Of a stretch of 64,000 nucleotides of DNA, positions 38,126 to 50,560 are shown piece after piece. The position numbers were made by a program, and so were the translations under genes. Below the pieces are notes generated by a model that saw only the letters and a list, made by a program, of their open reading frames with translations, made no database searches and was not told the origin of the DNA. The DNA is from Hypanus sabinus (Eukaryota): contig NC_082710.1 in NCBI RefSeq assembly GCF_030144855.1, forward strand, positions 151,528,001 to 151,592,000, written 5' to 3'. Positions within the stretch are counted from its first letter, which is position 1, and each line of letters starts with the position of its first letter.

Positions 38126-39589
38126 CTGATGTAGTATAAGTGAATGAAAACAAAATACTGGCTATCCTGCTGCAACGGTATGGCGAAAATGCTGAACTCA
38201 GATCGATTACAGTAAATATACTAGCTCCGCAGGTATAGAAGTATTCATAATGTTGGAGTCAGGCACCAGCGGAGCGGTAGGAATGACTATTTTAGAATGG
38301 CCATTAGGTCCTGCACAAAACGCTATTCATTTTCTCGGCTTGCTCTTGGATAGGTGATGCAGGGGTGCTACATCGGCTTTGTGTCTTCACCAGCACCCCT
38401 TGCTGCAATTATGAGTCAATTACTGGAACGATACCTTCTTCGGCTTCAGTCGCTATACAGTACAGTTTAATGCAGGGGAGTGGCACATTCTTTATTCGAG
38501 TAACTTTCTGCTCCGGAGCTGATTTTTATTTTGTGCCCACAGATTAGCTGGTACCCGCACTAAAGCTCTAGGGAGAAGTCGAGGGTCTTTTATTGGTGGT
38601 TGTTGCTTTTCGAAGGTTGTTTCCCAAATCTCGAACTTCAACATAATCCACCGCTCCCTCTCATTAAATAATTCTATTCGCATTTGTCCCAATACGGACA
38701 GTGTTATAAGACAAACAGTCTTCGTTTCTTTCACCAATCGCTTTATCATCGTCCCAATATCTTTACGTTTTGCTGGTGGTTTTACGGACACTGTCTAATG
38801 GAGCATGGAGGAGACCCCAGTCGGAATCTTTCTTCCTGATTTCCATTAAGTCCACCAGGACCCCCAATCCCTCGGGTCCAAAATACGTACAAGTGTTGCC
38901 TTCAGCTTTTCTTTACCATGCAATTAAGGGAGAGCAGGGAGTACAGCTTGATCATGGTGCAGGTTGGTTGGCGAGGTGCCGTGCAGTGGGGCTTCTTCTA
39001 TTCTCGGCTGGTATTAATCAGATATTGCGAATTTTGCATATAGAGGTTGGCTTATCCTATCAACGTGTCATACAGTTTTTCGAAGTACCAAGTACAGGAA
39101 TTGCTATTCAGCTACCAACGTAAAATATAGGTTGTGTTTCTTTTTACCTTTCATGGCCCGTTCATTAACTTTAGCCTTTGTGAGGCACTAATTTGAGGAA
39201 GCTTTAGCCATATAGTACAGTATTGTCCCTGATTTACAAACCGTCCATCAACCCGGTAGGGGAAGTGGGGCTGCTTTAGATATAATGATGCCTTTTAAAA
39301 ATCTATTCCCACCTGTAAAGAGACTGGTGTGGAGACTTGTTCTGGCTAATCCAGTGGTTTCAGAAGTTATTATCACTCACAGGTATGTCCGTGGAGGCGG
39401 GGTAGGGGGGAGGGGTTGGCGAGGGCAGTCAGAGGATTTGGTGGAACCGATATTAATCAGACAATCTAAATAACTATTTCCTATTATTTCATGTTTTTTC
39501 CATCATATTTTGGACAATCTGATTATCGCTGCCTGTACCACCTTTTATCCGCGGTACCTCTAGGCTGACGGGTTAGGGCCTCAAGTTAA

Positions 39590-40810
39590 ACTCGGTCATA
39601 TTCTGATCAGTGGTTCCAGGGGCTCTCTACCTTAAGCTCTTTAATCACTTCCGATCCATTGCATAACACACAATCCAATATGGCTGTTACTGTAGTAGGA
39701 TCAACGAGAAACTGTTCTGAAACAAAAATCATAGTGTATGCATGAATAAACTCATTGTATTGAGATCTGTTTCCAACCTTATTTTTCCAATCCACCTGCA
39801 TGTTGCAATCTCCATGTCGATCATAACATTGCCCTTTTGACACGCCTTTTCTATTTCCTGCCCTAATGTGTGGTCCACATCCCAGCTACTGTTTGGAGGC
39901 CTGTATATAACCGTCATCAGGTTCCCTTTACCCTTTCAGTTTCTTAACCTAACACACAATGACTCAACATCCTCCAATCCTATGCCACGTCTTTTCTATG
40001 ATTTGATTCCCTTTTTATTTACCAGCAGAGCCACCACATCCTCTCTCTCTACCTTCCTATCCCTTCGATACAACGTCTAGCCTTGGACATTCGCCTTCCA
40101 ACTGCAATCATCCTTCAGCCACGATTCAGTGATGGCCACAACATCATACCCGGCAATTTGTAATAGTGCAAGAAGATCATTCACCTTATCGCATATACTC
40201 CGTGTATTGAGATATAACTCTTCGAGTGCTGCATTTGCTACCTTTTTTTGGTTTTGCATTCCTAATACACTGATATTCAGCCTGCAAATATGTCCTATCA
40301 TCTTCATGCCCCTACTGACAGTCTAATTGCACACTATCTTTGCTTTTTTACAAACTTTCTTATCCCGAGTCCCTTCACTGCGGTTCCCACTCCCCTCTCA
40401 AATTAGTTTAACGCCCCCAGCCCAACAGCTCTTAAAAAAAACCTGCCCGTGAAAATATTGGTTCCCCTTGGGTTTGGTGCAACCAGTCACTTTTGAACAA
40501 GTCATACCTCCCCCAGTGTAGAACCTAATGATCAAAGAACACGAAGCTCTGCCCTCTGCACCAGATTCTCAACCACCTATTAATTTGCTAAATCATCCTG
40601 TTGTTGCCTTCACTGGCGCGTGGCATAGGGAGCACTCCGTAAATTACTATCCTGGATATCCTGCTTCTCATCTTTCTCTCCAGCTCCTTAAATTTTCTTT
40701 TCAGGACCACTTCAATTTTCCCTCCTATGCCATTGGTACCATTATGTACCAAAACATCTGGCTGCTCTCCCTTCCTCTCTTCGATGTTCAGTTTAGACAA
40801 GCCTCAACAC
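39590..40810 (-). mobile_element. CR1/L3 5' portion: ORF1 esterase-like domain and ORF2 endonuclease
   Basis: ORF 40588..40800 (QPDVLVHNGTNGIG...IVIYGVLPMPRASEG), ORF 40077..40307 (LYLNTRSI...YDVVAITESWL), ORF 39729..39917 (VIYRPPNS). Confidence 0.85.
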
Positions 40811-41099
40811 TTTTGAGTCAAACACATTCTAAAGGATCAAACTTTTTGAATAATTTACCAAAAAGTAAAGCATATCTTTCACTGTACATTGAATCAATTT
40901 AATTTAAATCTAATAACTATATCTTTTACCAAATTTATTAATATAAGCAGTTTAGTGGTGCGTAAAGATTTTGGGTGAATGATGATCCATACTCGTGTTT
41001 ATTAAACATATAGAAATATTGTTATCAGAGATACCTAATACATTGTAGCAAAACGTATGCAATATTATTTTAAAATATTAAAAATACAACTCAGAAGCG

Positions 41100-42040
41100 A
41101 AGAAGCGAAATTGGATCAGCATATTTGCTGATGATAGAATGATTGGAGATGTAGTGGACAATGAGGAAGGTTTTCATAGCTGGTAGAGGGATCTGGACCC
41201 GCTGGAAAAATGGGCTGAAAATGACAGATGGAGTATAATACAAACAAGCCTGAGGTATTGCACTTTGGAAAGAAAAATTAAGGCAGAACGTACAAAGTAA
41301 ATGGTAGGGCACTGAGGAGTGCAGTAGAACAGAAGGATCTGGGAATAAAGACACAAATTCCCTAAAAGTGGCGTCACAGCTAGATAGGGTAGTAAAGAGA
41401 GCTTTTGGTACATTGGCCTTTATAAATCAAAACATTAAGTATAAGAGTTGGAATGTTATGCTGAGGGTGTATAAGGCATTGGTGTGGCCGAATTTGGAGT
41501 ATTGCGTGCCGTTTTGGTCACCGAAATAAAGGAAGAATATGAATAAGGTTGAGAGAGTGCAGAAAAGATTTACAAGAATGTTGCCACGACTTGAGAAACG
41601 GAGTTACTGAAAAAGGTTGAATAGGTTAAAACTTTATGCCCTGAAGCATAGAAGAATGCGAGGAGATTTGACGGAGGTATATAAAATTATGATGGGTATG
41701 AATAGAGTGAATGCAAGCAGTTTTTTTCCACTGAGGCTAGGGGAGAAAAAACAGGGGGCATGGGTTAAGAGTGAAGGGTGAAAAGTTTAAAGAGATCATT
41801 AGTGCGGGCTTCTTCACACAGAGTGGTGGGAGTGTGGAATGAGCTGCCAGATGACGTGGTAAATGCGGGCTCACTTTTAACATTTAAGAAAAATTTGGAC
41901 AGGTACCTGGATGAGAGATGTATGGAGGGATATGGGTCGAGTGCATGTCAGTGGGACTAGGCAGGAAAATGGTTCAACACAGCCAAGGAGATACAAAAGG
42001 CCTGTTTCTGTGCTGTAATGTTCTATGGTTCTATGGTTCT
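41100..42040 (+). mobile_element. CR1/L3 LINE 3' end
   Basis: FADD at ~41125, VWNELP in ORF 41778..41960, (TCTATGGT)n tail at ~42022-42040. Confidence 0.88.
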
Positions 42041-42269
42041 AGGGTCATTTCAGTTCACCTGCAGATGACCTTTCAGTCATTTAAGTGGAAACACATGAAG
42101 TTAGTAGATGTCAATTTCATCTAATGTTCAAATGGTTACCTGTGTTTTCCCCCAATTATAACTTTGATCATTGACAGATTCGCTCAATGTTTAATTAATA
42201 GCCCCAATGCAAATTTGAATTCATTTAAAGAGACCAAATGGCTTGAGTGCATCATGATCAACAGGAGAT

Positions 42270-42500
42270 GTTTGTAGGTTATTTATTTTCCAAACACCTC
42301 GTTTCAATCCTGACGTCTGATACGATCTGTGTGGCACTTTCTTTATTTCTGTGACTGCTTGGGTTGCCCTGCGTGCTGTGGTGTTTTCTACCAAATAACA
42401 AGAACGGTAAAAGGTGAATTGGCTAAACGATCCTCGTGTGTTGATGATTACTAAAATCTGCAGAAAGAGTTGATGGAATCACCAAGAGAATAGAACGATA
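42270..42500 (+). mobile_element. Degenerate HE1/V-SINE-like element
   Basis: B-box-like gtttcaatcctgac followed by tctgtgtgg...ctgtgactgc.tgggtt, the V-SINE body pattern. Confidence 0.5.
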
Positions 42501-44435
42501 TAAAACATAGAACACTACGGCACACTACCGGCCCTTCAACCCTTCATGTTGTGCCAACCCATATAATCCTTAAAATGTACTAAACTCACACTGCCCCATA
42601 ACCCTCCATTTTTCTTTCATCCATGTGCCTGTCCAAGAGGTTCTTAAATATCCATAATGTTTTAGCCTCCACCACTATCCCTGGCAAGTTATTCAAGGCA
42701 CTCACAACCCTCTGTGTTTATCTAACAAAAACTTACCCCCTGATGTCTCCCCTAAACTTCCTTTTCTTAATTATGCCCTCTGGTGTTTGCTATTGGTGCC
42801 CTGGGAAACAGGTTCTGACTATCCACCCTATCTATGCCTCTCATAATCTTGTAGACCTCTATAAAGTCCCCTCACATTCTACTATACTCCAAAGAGACTA
42901 GTCCCAGCTCTTCTACCCTTGTTTCATACGACTTTGTTCTCCAATCCAGGCAACATCCTGGTAAATCTGCTCTGCATCCTCTCCATAGCTTCCACATGCT
43001 TCCTATAATGAGTTGACCAGAATTGAACACAATACTCTAAGTGAGGGCTCACCAGAGATTTGTAGAGTTGCAACATGACCTCTCTACTCTTGAACTCGAT
43101 CCCCCTGTTAATGAAGCCTAGCATCCCGTAGACCTTCTTAACTACCCTATCCACCTGTGCAGCGACCTTGAGGGAAGTATGGATTTGAACCCCAAGGTCC
43201 CTTTTTTCATCCATACTCTTAAGTAAATGACCATTAATCCTGTACTCAGTTTTCAGGTTTGTCCTTCCAAAATGCATCACCTCGTACTTCTCCGGATTGA
43301 ACTCCACCTGCCATTTTTCTGCCCAACTCTGCAGCCTGTCTATATTTTCTTGTAACCTTCCACCACATACAGCTCCATCCACAACTCCTTCAATCTTCAT
43401 GTCATCTGCAAACTTACTCACCCATCCTTCCGCCTCTACATCCAGGTCATTTATAAAAATCACAAATAGCAGGGGTCGCAGGACAGATCCCTGCGGCACT
43501 CCAGTAGTCACCACACCTCCAGGCAGAATACTTTCCTTCCAAAACTACCCTCTGCTTTCTTCCTTTAACCCAATTTTTTATCCAAACAGCTAAGGTTCCA
43601 CTTATCCCATGCCTCATGACTTTCTGGATGAGTCTCTCATGAGGGACCTCGTCAAATGTTTTGCTAAAGTCCATGTAGACCACATCCACTGCCCTACCCT
43701 CATCAATTTCTTTTGTTATCTCTTCAAAAAACTCAACCAGGCTTGTGAGGCACGAACTTCCCTTCACAAAGTCATGTTGACGATCCATGAACAGACTGTA
43801 CTTCTCCAAATGCTCGTAGATCCTATCCTTAAGAATCCTTTCCAGTAGTTTGCAGACCACAACCTAAGACTCACCGGTCTATAGTTCCCAGGTTTCTTCC
43901 TATTAACTTTTTTAAACAAGGGAACTACATTTGCCATTCTCCAATATGCCGGCACCTCCCCTGCAGCCAAAGAGGATTCAAAGATTATAGCTAATGCTCC
44001 TGCGGTCTCTTCTCTCAATTCCCACAACAACCTGGGGTGTATCATGTTCGGCCCCGGTGATTTATCAATCTTAATGTTTTTAAGAAGATCCAGCATTTCT
44101 TCCTTAATCTCCACATTGTCGCTCTACTTCGACCTCATCCTGATCAAGATCCTTTTCGCTTATGAATACTGAAGCAAAGTATTCAATTAGGACCTCTCCA
44201 ACCTCCTCTGACTCCAGGCACATCTTGCCCTCTTCATGCTTTAGTGGTCCCACCTTCGTTCTCGTCATCCTCCTATTCTTCACATATGCATAGAATGCCT
44301 TGGGGTTCTCCTTAATTCTACATGCCAAGGCCTTCTCATGCCCCCTTCGAGCTCTCTTATGTCCTTTCTTTAGCTTCTTCCTGGCTACCCTATATTTCTC
44401 ATAAGCCTCTCCTACTTCCTGCTTCTTATATCTAA
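42500..44435 (-). mobile_element. CR1/L3 LINE, ~1.9-kb 3' portion, relatively young
   Basis: ORFs 44104..44328, 43764..44114 (DKSPGPNMIHPR...NYRPVSL), 43447..43860 (QHDFVKGSSCLT...YMDFSKTFD) and 42924..43514 (GVPQGSVL...KFADD). Confidence 0.93.
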
Positions 44436-44589
44436 CGTATTAGAATAGAATGGGTTTAACTTACAATTAAATTGCATTAAGCCAAAGGGCTTCACTTCTA
44501 TCATGAATAATGTCTAAGCAGTACAGTTTGAAAATTCTGATGTTCAGGATTCAATTCAACAAATTCTCTCACATTTAGATAACACTATT

Positions 44590-45515
44590 TTATTTTAAGA
44601 AACTATTTATTTTTGTGATTATCTTGGTAATGAGAAGGAAGGGAGCCTTAATTATATTCTTCAATTCCTCTCTAAATTTCCTCTGGGACACTGCATATAT
44701 AAAAGTGTTTGTGCAACAACTCAAACACCTCAGCATATATCCAGTTTGCTCCGCTATGGTGAAAGGGTCGTTGTACCTTACTTCCAGAAATTGGGTGTCA
44801 CTAAATTGCACATATAGGTAACATATGAAAATAACCATCCATAACAGAATAAAAGTGCCTGAAATAGCGAGAAGCAAAATTATTGATTTTCTTCGGTTGT
44901 CCACCTCCGAATCAGTGTCTTTCTTAAACCGATTATTTCCACGAAGTCCGCTCCTGAGTCTGTTTGCCTGGACAATATGTCTGATGGTTATAGAGTTCAG
45001 CAGCAAGATTAGCACAAAAGGGGTAATGGTCGTCATGACAGTTTCTAACCACAAAAATGCAACCCATATGGGCGAAGTGTAGAAACTTGATTTTACATAG
45101 CAGGACCACTGTATGTTGCCAATTATTTCTCGTGGTTCATATATAAAATAGAATGGAGCATTTTCCAAAATACTCAAGGAACTCACCACCGCTATCACAA
45201 TAGCTGCGGTCCTTTCCGTGCAGTAGTTCGTTCTCAGTGACTGGTAACAAATAGAAGCAAATCGATCAAAGGTAAAAGCCACGGTCAACCAGACAGAGCA
45301 GTCAATTGAGATAAAGTGCACGACAAGATTCCATCTGCAAAACTGAGTATGATTGAAAATGGAATATGGGAAGTAGCCGTCTACAATCTCATAAAAAATT
45401 ACTTCAGTTATCAAGACCATTAGGTCGCCCATCGCCATGCCCACCAGGTAACGAGTGATGCATTTCGAGAGACCACAGTGTCCACGGGAGAAAATGATGA
45501 TTGCCAGGAAATTAG
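44590..45515 (-). CDS. Gene B exon 2 (926 nt): class A 7TM GPCR, GPR139/GPR142-like; full CDS join(47299..47368,44590..45515), 331 aa
   Basis: Uninterrupted frame ANFLAIIIFSRGHCGLSKC...MAMGD...TFDRFASIC...FILLW...SCCTNTFIY...KFREELK. Acceptor tttcacag|CTAAT at 45516; stop TAA at 44590-44592; ~81% aa identity to gene A exon 2 (hand count 242/297). Confidence 0.95.
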
Positions 45516-47298
45516 CTGTGAAAAGATTAAAACAAATTAATATCTAATTACGGTTGTTTTTGTTTAAAATTGCTATCTAACTTTCCTACTCCATTGTACT
45601 TGCATTCTGACACATTCCAGTTGATGTTGAGTAGAAATGAAAGCTAATGTTTCGTTGATTCCTGCTGAATTATTTTAAAACTATTGAGTCTTTGCTTGGC
45701 AGCGTTCTACTGGATTATGGTTTGCGTCTTCCGATGGGCGGTGAGCTTTACTTAACGAAAACGAAGCATGCAGGCGCTGACACCTCATCACTGAATTCGA
45801 TGAGAAACCAATCAAAGTTACCCTGGCGAATCTACCTTTGATGATAGACAATGTTAGCCTCTGCCCAATATTACATACGTGCGATTTGGAATAATTAACA
45901 ACTCAAGTAATAGGGAAAATATGAAATATAGCGGGTCGCGGAATTCGGAACGGAACCCTGCATTGTTGAATTATCTCTGGGAAACCCATTTCGAGGACGT
46001 AAAATAGCGGGCTGCTACGTGACGCTCACTGACGGAGATTCCTTGAAGATGCCGGGTTTATTCTATCTTTCCCGTATTGTGGCATTGGATTCTGTTTTAT
46101 TTTGTTGAGGACGCGGATAATTGAACACAAAGAGGCCACTCCACCTTTTATTCCTGATCTGGAATTCAGTAATAGGTTCTTTAAATTAGTCTCACATTCC
46201 TGCAAAGCAAGATCTTACAGATTCCCTTAACCTTTATAATATTCAAATACTATATTGTTCATCCAATAATACAGATTGTAACATTGCATGAGAATCCCAG
46301 GTAGAACATTATAGAAGAAGCGTACAAGCTAGAAATAGACTTCACAGTATCTTAATAACTTCTTCTCGAGTTCTGTAAGGTCTTTTCATGCATTCATGTC
46401 AAGGAATTGACCTTAAAGGGGCAATTCAATTGACATACACATAACTGTTCTCCGGCTTACAAACTCTAACATGTTAACCGATTCTTTAGACATAATATTC
46501 CTGTCTCTGCCAATCCTCATAATTTTCCAAGTGTGATGATGTGGATAGAATATTTTGCAGTTGTATATTAGTGGATGAGCTACTGGCCGCACGAAATTTC
46601 GGCCATAATTACAAGGCCTGTCTTTGAATTGGATTCACGCAACTAAACCCATTCTTGAATTTAGAAAAAAAAAAACTTTATTCTAAAGTAACCTTCACCG
46701 TTAACTTTTACGCCCCGCAGGGAACATGAAACGCAATTATGATCTAAACTGTTTTCAGTTTGATTGTGGCCACTCTCCGGTCAAAGAGCACACTGAAGCA
46801 TGAAAATGGATGCCGATCGTGCCAGCGACGTTCACAAATTGTGCACAGATAACTTGGCAGCAGATGGCCACACCGAAGTTTGTTCTCAGTAGGGACTCGT
46901 ATCCTCCCGAAGCCTGCGTACAGGATGCTTGCGCCTGCATAATCCGTAGTGTTCAGCTGCGCACTGATATAAGACTATAGACGATAAGATATAGAGGCTG
47001 AATTAGGCCATTCGTCATATATTTCACTATTATTATATTTTTGTTTAAAGTTTCACAGTTTTTTGAAAATACATTTCACCTCGTTTATTCACTTGATGGA
47101 ACTTTGATCTGTGCAGGCAAGGCGATCATATATTAACCTGAAGAATTCTGGACTAAATATCTGTTTGGATACCAGCAGTTTGAATTATCTATTCGACGCT
47201 GTAAATTACCGCCAGCAGATCAACAATTACGAATAGAACTAACAAATACATGAAACCAATACTTGGAAAATTCCATTGAACTATTTTTAGCTCCTTAC

Positions 47299-47368
47299 CG
47301 GGAACACCAACAATTGCAAGAATAGGATAGAAAATGTTTTCTATCTGTACGATTACCGGCTGCCTCAT
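47299..47368 (-). CDS. Gene B exon 1 (70 nt): MRQPVIVQIENIFYPILAIVGVP(G|CT)
   Basis: ATG at 47368-47366; donor CCCG|gtaagg at 47298; intron 45516..47298 (1783 nt). The ORF-track entry 47189..47380 is this exon read through into the intron. Confidence 0.9.
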
Positions 47369-47433
47369 GTTCGCAGACAAATAGCGTAGCTGATCACTGT
47401 CAGATTGCTTATCTGCTGTTACAACATAGCCGT

Positions 47434-47533
47434 TTTATACCTGAAAGTTAATGTGTGACACGAAGATTGCGTAATGATTGGCATTAGCTGAACGTGTTTT
47501 TGCATAGATTAAATATAGATTATTACTAGTCTT
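47434..47533 (-). promoter_or_regulatory. Putative core promoter of gene B: TATA box and conserved upstream motif
   Basis: Minus-strand TATAAA at 47434-47439; atagattaaatatagattatt at 47504-47524 is identical to 24423-24443. Confidence 0.6.
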
Positions 47534-47799
47534 TTGGGTATGGTTACTTCTAAGGATTATATTTGCACATCTATATTGTTACTTTGAACAGCCCGACACC
47601 ACTATTAATTGGAATCTGACAGGACAAGATAAATGTTTTTGAAAGTAGATTTTTCAGGCTTTCAACTGTTTTCGATGGCCCAATGAAATCACAATTCATT
47701 AGGAATGGTAAATAAAGACACATAATATAGGACCAAGCAGAGAGGTCATTGTGTGGGTGGACTACTGTTAGAATAGGTTGGCTTTGGTTCAACAGGCTT

Positions 47800-48990
47800 A
47801 AGTGAGAACAGGTTTGGGCGAGGTAAGTTTCTGGTACGTTGGTTCCTCTTCATTCTTCATATGTTAGTGCATAGTTACTGCATTGGGAATGTCTCCAGGA
47901 GCTGTGATTGTGTACTTGTGTGAGACATGGGAATTCCCCAGTCTCCCAGCGAACCAATCTGCACTGTGGGATAGAGCTGCAGGTCCTCAGAGAAACACAT
48001 TAAGGAACTAGTACTACAACATGTTGACCTTTTAACCATGCGGAAAACTGAGGAAGTGACAGATAAGATCTCTATGCAGGTTGTCACCCCTAAGTTGGCA
48101 TGTAACCTATGTGATTGTCAGGAGAGGGAATGGAAATGGGCAACCAATGCAGACCAACCCTGTGGCCATTCACCTCACTAATAACTATGTATATTATTGG
48201 GCGATGATCTAACGGGGGTTGTGGAGAGGGCACAGCTACTGGGCCTACGGCACAGTGTCTAGCACTATGGCTTAAAGGGGAAGAGGAAGAAGTGGTCTGT
48301 ATCGGTAATAGTTCGAGGAGCAGACACGAGATTCTGTAGACGTGAAAGAGACCTGAGAGTACATTGTCTCCTAGGTGCCAGGGAATCTGATGGCTCAGAT
48401 CTGCTTTACGTCATTCTAAGGGGACGGGGGGAGCATCCAGCAATGTTGGTATATATTGGCAGGGATGATGTAGATATGAAAAGTAAGGAGATCCTGGAAA
48501 TAAAATTTTGGAAATAAGGTACAAAATTGAAAAGCAGGAACCCCAGAGTGGTAATCTTTGAATTGTTTCCTATGCCACTTGCGAGTGAGGGAAAGAATAG
48601 AAAAACTTTGCAGATGTATGTGTGGCTCATTAACTGGTACAGGAAACAGGGTTTCGGAATCCTGGGTCATTGTGATCTCTTATGGGGAAGGAATGACCTG
48701 CCTGCACAAAGGGAACTGGTTATTCCTGAACCATGGGATGGGGCACGGTGGAGGGTCTGTCCTTTTCGGCAGGTTTTGAAAAGCTATTGGCCAATGTTTA
48801 AACTAAATTGGTAGAGGGATGGGAACCAGAATTATAGCGATGGGAATGGTGCATTTGGTATACAACAGGATGCAATGTGCAGTGAAACTTTCAGGGAAGA
48901 AATTGAACTTACAGGGTAAATTGCAATTAGTGGGATGAGTTGCTGTGAAACATGGGAGCAAACTCTAAAATGATAATGAATGCAAAACTG
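47800..48990 (+). mobile_element. CR1/L3 5' portion (ORF1, esterase-like domain); EN start resumes at ~49500-49790
   Basis: ORF 48527..48814 (RVVIFELFPMPLASEGKNR...WYRKQGFGILGH.DLLWGR); ORF 49432..49662 (FLNTRCIGNKVDDLAAQLEIGRYDI). Confidence 0.75.
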
Positions 48991-49500
48991 AGAGAGGCCA
49001 CAATCAGGTCGAAGGAATAGCACCTTATACTCCATTTGGTAGTCTCCACCTGATGGCAAGAACATCAATCTCTTGAACTTCCGGCAATGCCTACTACCCC
49101 ACTCTCCTTCACCATTCCCCAGCTACTTTCCCCTTTCTTATTTTATCTCCTTGTCTACTTATTGACTCTCTCTGTTGGTCCTCCCCCTTTTATTTATTCC
49201 ATGGCATTCTGTCCTCTCCTGTTAGATTCCCCTTTCTCCAGCCCTGTATATCTTTCGCCATTCAACTTCCCATCTCTTTACTTTATAATTCCTACTCCCA
49301 GTTCCACATATTGCGTTGTCTTCCTCTGTTTCTTCCCCTCACCTTTTAACTTTACTTCTCGTTTTTTTTTTTATCTCTCCAGTCCTACTGAAAGTCTCAG
49401 TCCAAAATGCCAGCTGTTCTCTTTTCTATAGATGCTGCCTGACCTGTTGGGTTCCTCCAGCATTTTATGTCTGTTACTTCGAGTTCCAACATCTGCAGAT
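48990..49500 (+). mobile_element. Penelope-like element 3' end
   Basis: Decayed ATIRL.E.HLI..LG.L.PDG.NI..SNFR, pyrimidine-rich UTR, and tail gatgctgcctgacctg...ttcctccagcatttt; homologous to 58320-58760. Confidence 0.8.
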
Positions 49501-49829
49501 TTTGTCATGTTTGTAGCGGAACATATGCTATTTCTGAATACACGTTGCATAGGGAATAAGGTAGATGATCTTGCAGCGCAGTTAGAAATTGGTAGGTATG
49601 ACATTGCCGGCTTCTGTGGTCCATGGATGAAAGAAGGTTGTAGCTGGGAACTTTGTAAATAAGAATAAACATGTCATCAAAAGGACAGGCAGGTAGACGA
49701 GGAATTGGGGAAGGTCTGATGGTCTAACAAAATGAAATCAAATCCTTCGAAAGAGGAGACATATGTTGAAGAATATAGAATCTTTGCACAGAGTGGTAGA
49801 GGCAGTGCTGAGAACTGATTTGTTCTGGT

Positions 49830-50560
49830 TGTTAACAGCGTGTGTTCACCCTCTATATGATAGGACTGGTAGAGAGAGACCCACTACACCTCTCTAAAGG
49901 GGATTGACTATTCAAGGGCTGCGTTTGGCAGGGCTTCCGTGAGAAGGGGGACGGCTGTGTGCTATAACTGTGGGGAAGAGTGACACTTCCGGCGGGAATG
50001 TGAGAGGCAGGAAGCCCCTCAGCGAGAGAGCTCACGAGTATCTAAGCAGGGAGAGGTATCGGGAAACCTAGAGGAGACCCAGTCAGGGAACGGTCTGGTG
50101 TCTCTGGGGCAATACGTTCCCAGAAATGGACCAAGGAACTAACGGACGAGTAGTGGGTGAGCGTTCCTACCCCTGGGGTTAAGGACATGTGTCAGTTTGC
50201 CATCACTGTGAAGGCAGAGGGCAAGGAGAGGCCAGATTGAGCAGTGTATCAAGATGATGCCATACCCCAAGTTAACTGTAACGTGACTGCTCTGAACACA
50301 AATCAGCTGCCGGAATTGAGTTCTGGGAAAGTGGCAGCAGCTCAGTGAGATGATCCAGGCATTGGCAGTACTTGGTCCACGGTGAGAAAGGGAGACATGG
50401 CTCAAGCGGAGAAGACGAAACACGCTTCAGTACCTCCATTACAAAAAAGAATGGCCTCGGTTGGAGTTCAAGATCCAGATCTTATACTCGGTCACGCCTC
50501 CCTCTTGTGCACATGTAAGATACAGTTCCTTTCTGTACGCCTTTGGTCTTTCCCTTTTCT
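49830..50560 (+). mobile_element. Gypsy LTR-retrotransposon internal fragment (gag zinc knuckle and pol RH-INT linker, internally deleted)
   Basis: CYNCGEE.HFRREC zinc knuckle at ~49960-50005; downstream segment reads as pol linker (AAQ.DDPGIG...EWPRL...ILY). Confidence 0.7.

Noticed and set aside
42270-42500. tRNA-like B-box
   Set aside because: No cloverleaf; it is the head of a decayed SINE.
22792-47368. Assigning the symbol GPR139 to genes A and B
   Set aside because: Family resemblance only; multiple tandem paralogs with divergent motifs make one-to-one orthology unsupported without phylogeny and synteny.
47189-47380. 63-aa ORF as a standalone small protein
   Set aside because: It is gene B exon 1 read through the GT donor into the intron.
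49381-49420. Second hammerhead candidate in the plus-strand Penelope tail
   Set aside because: Core is mutated (CTACTGA for CTGATGA, CAAA for GAAA); treated as a dead copy.
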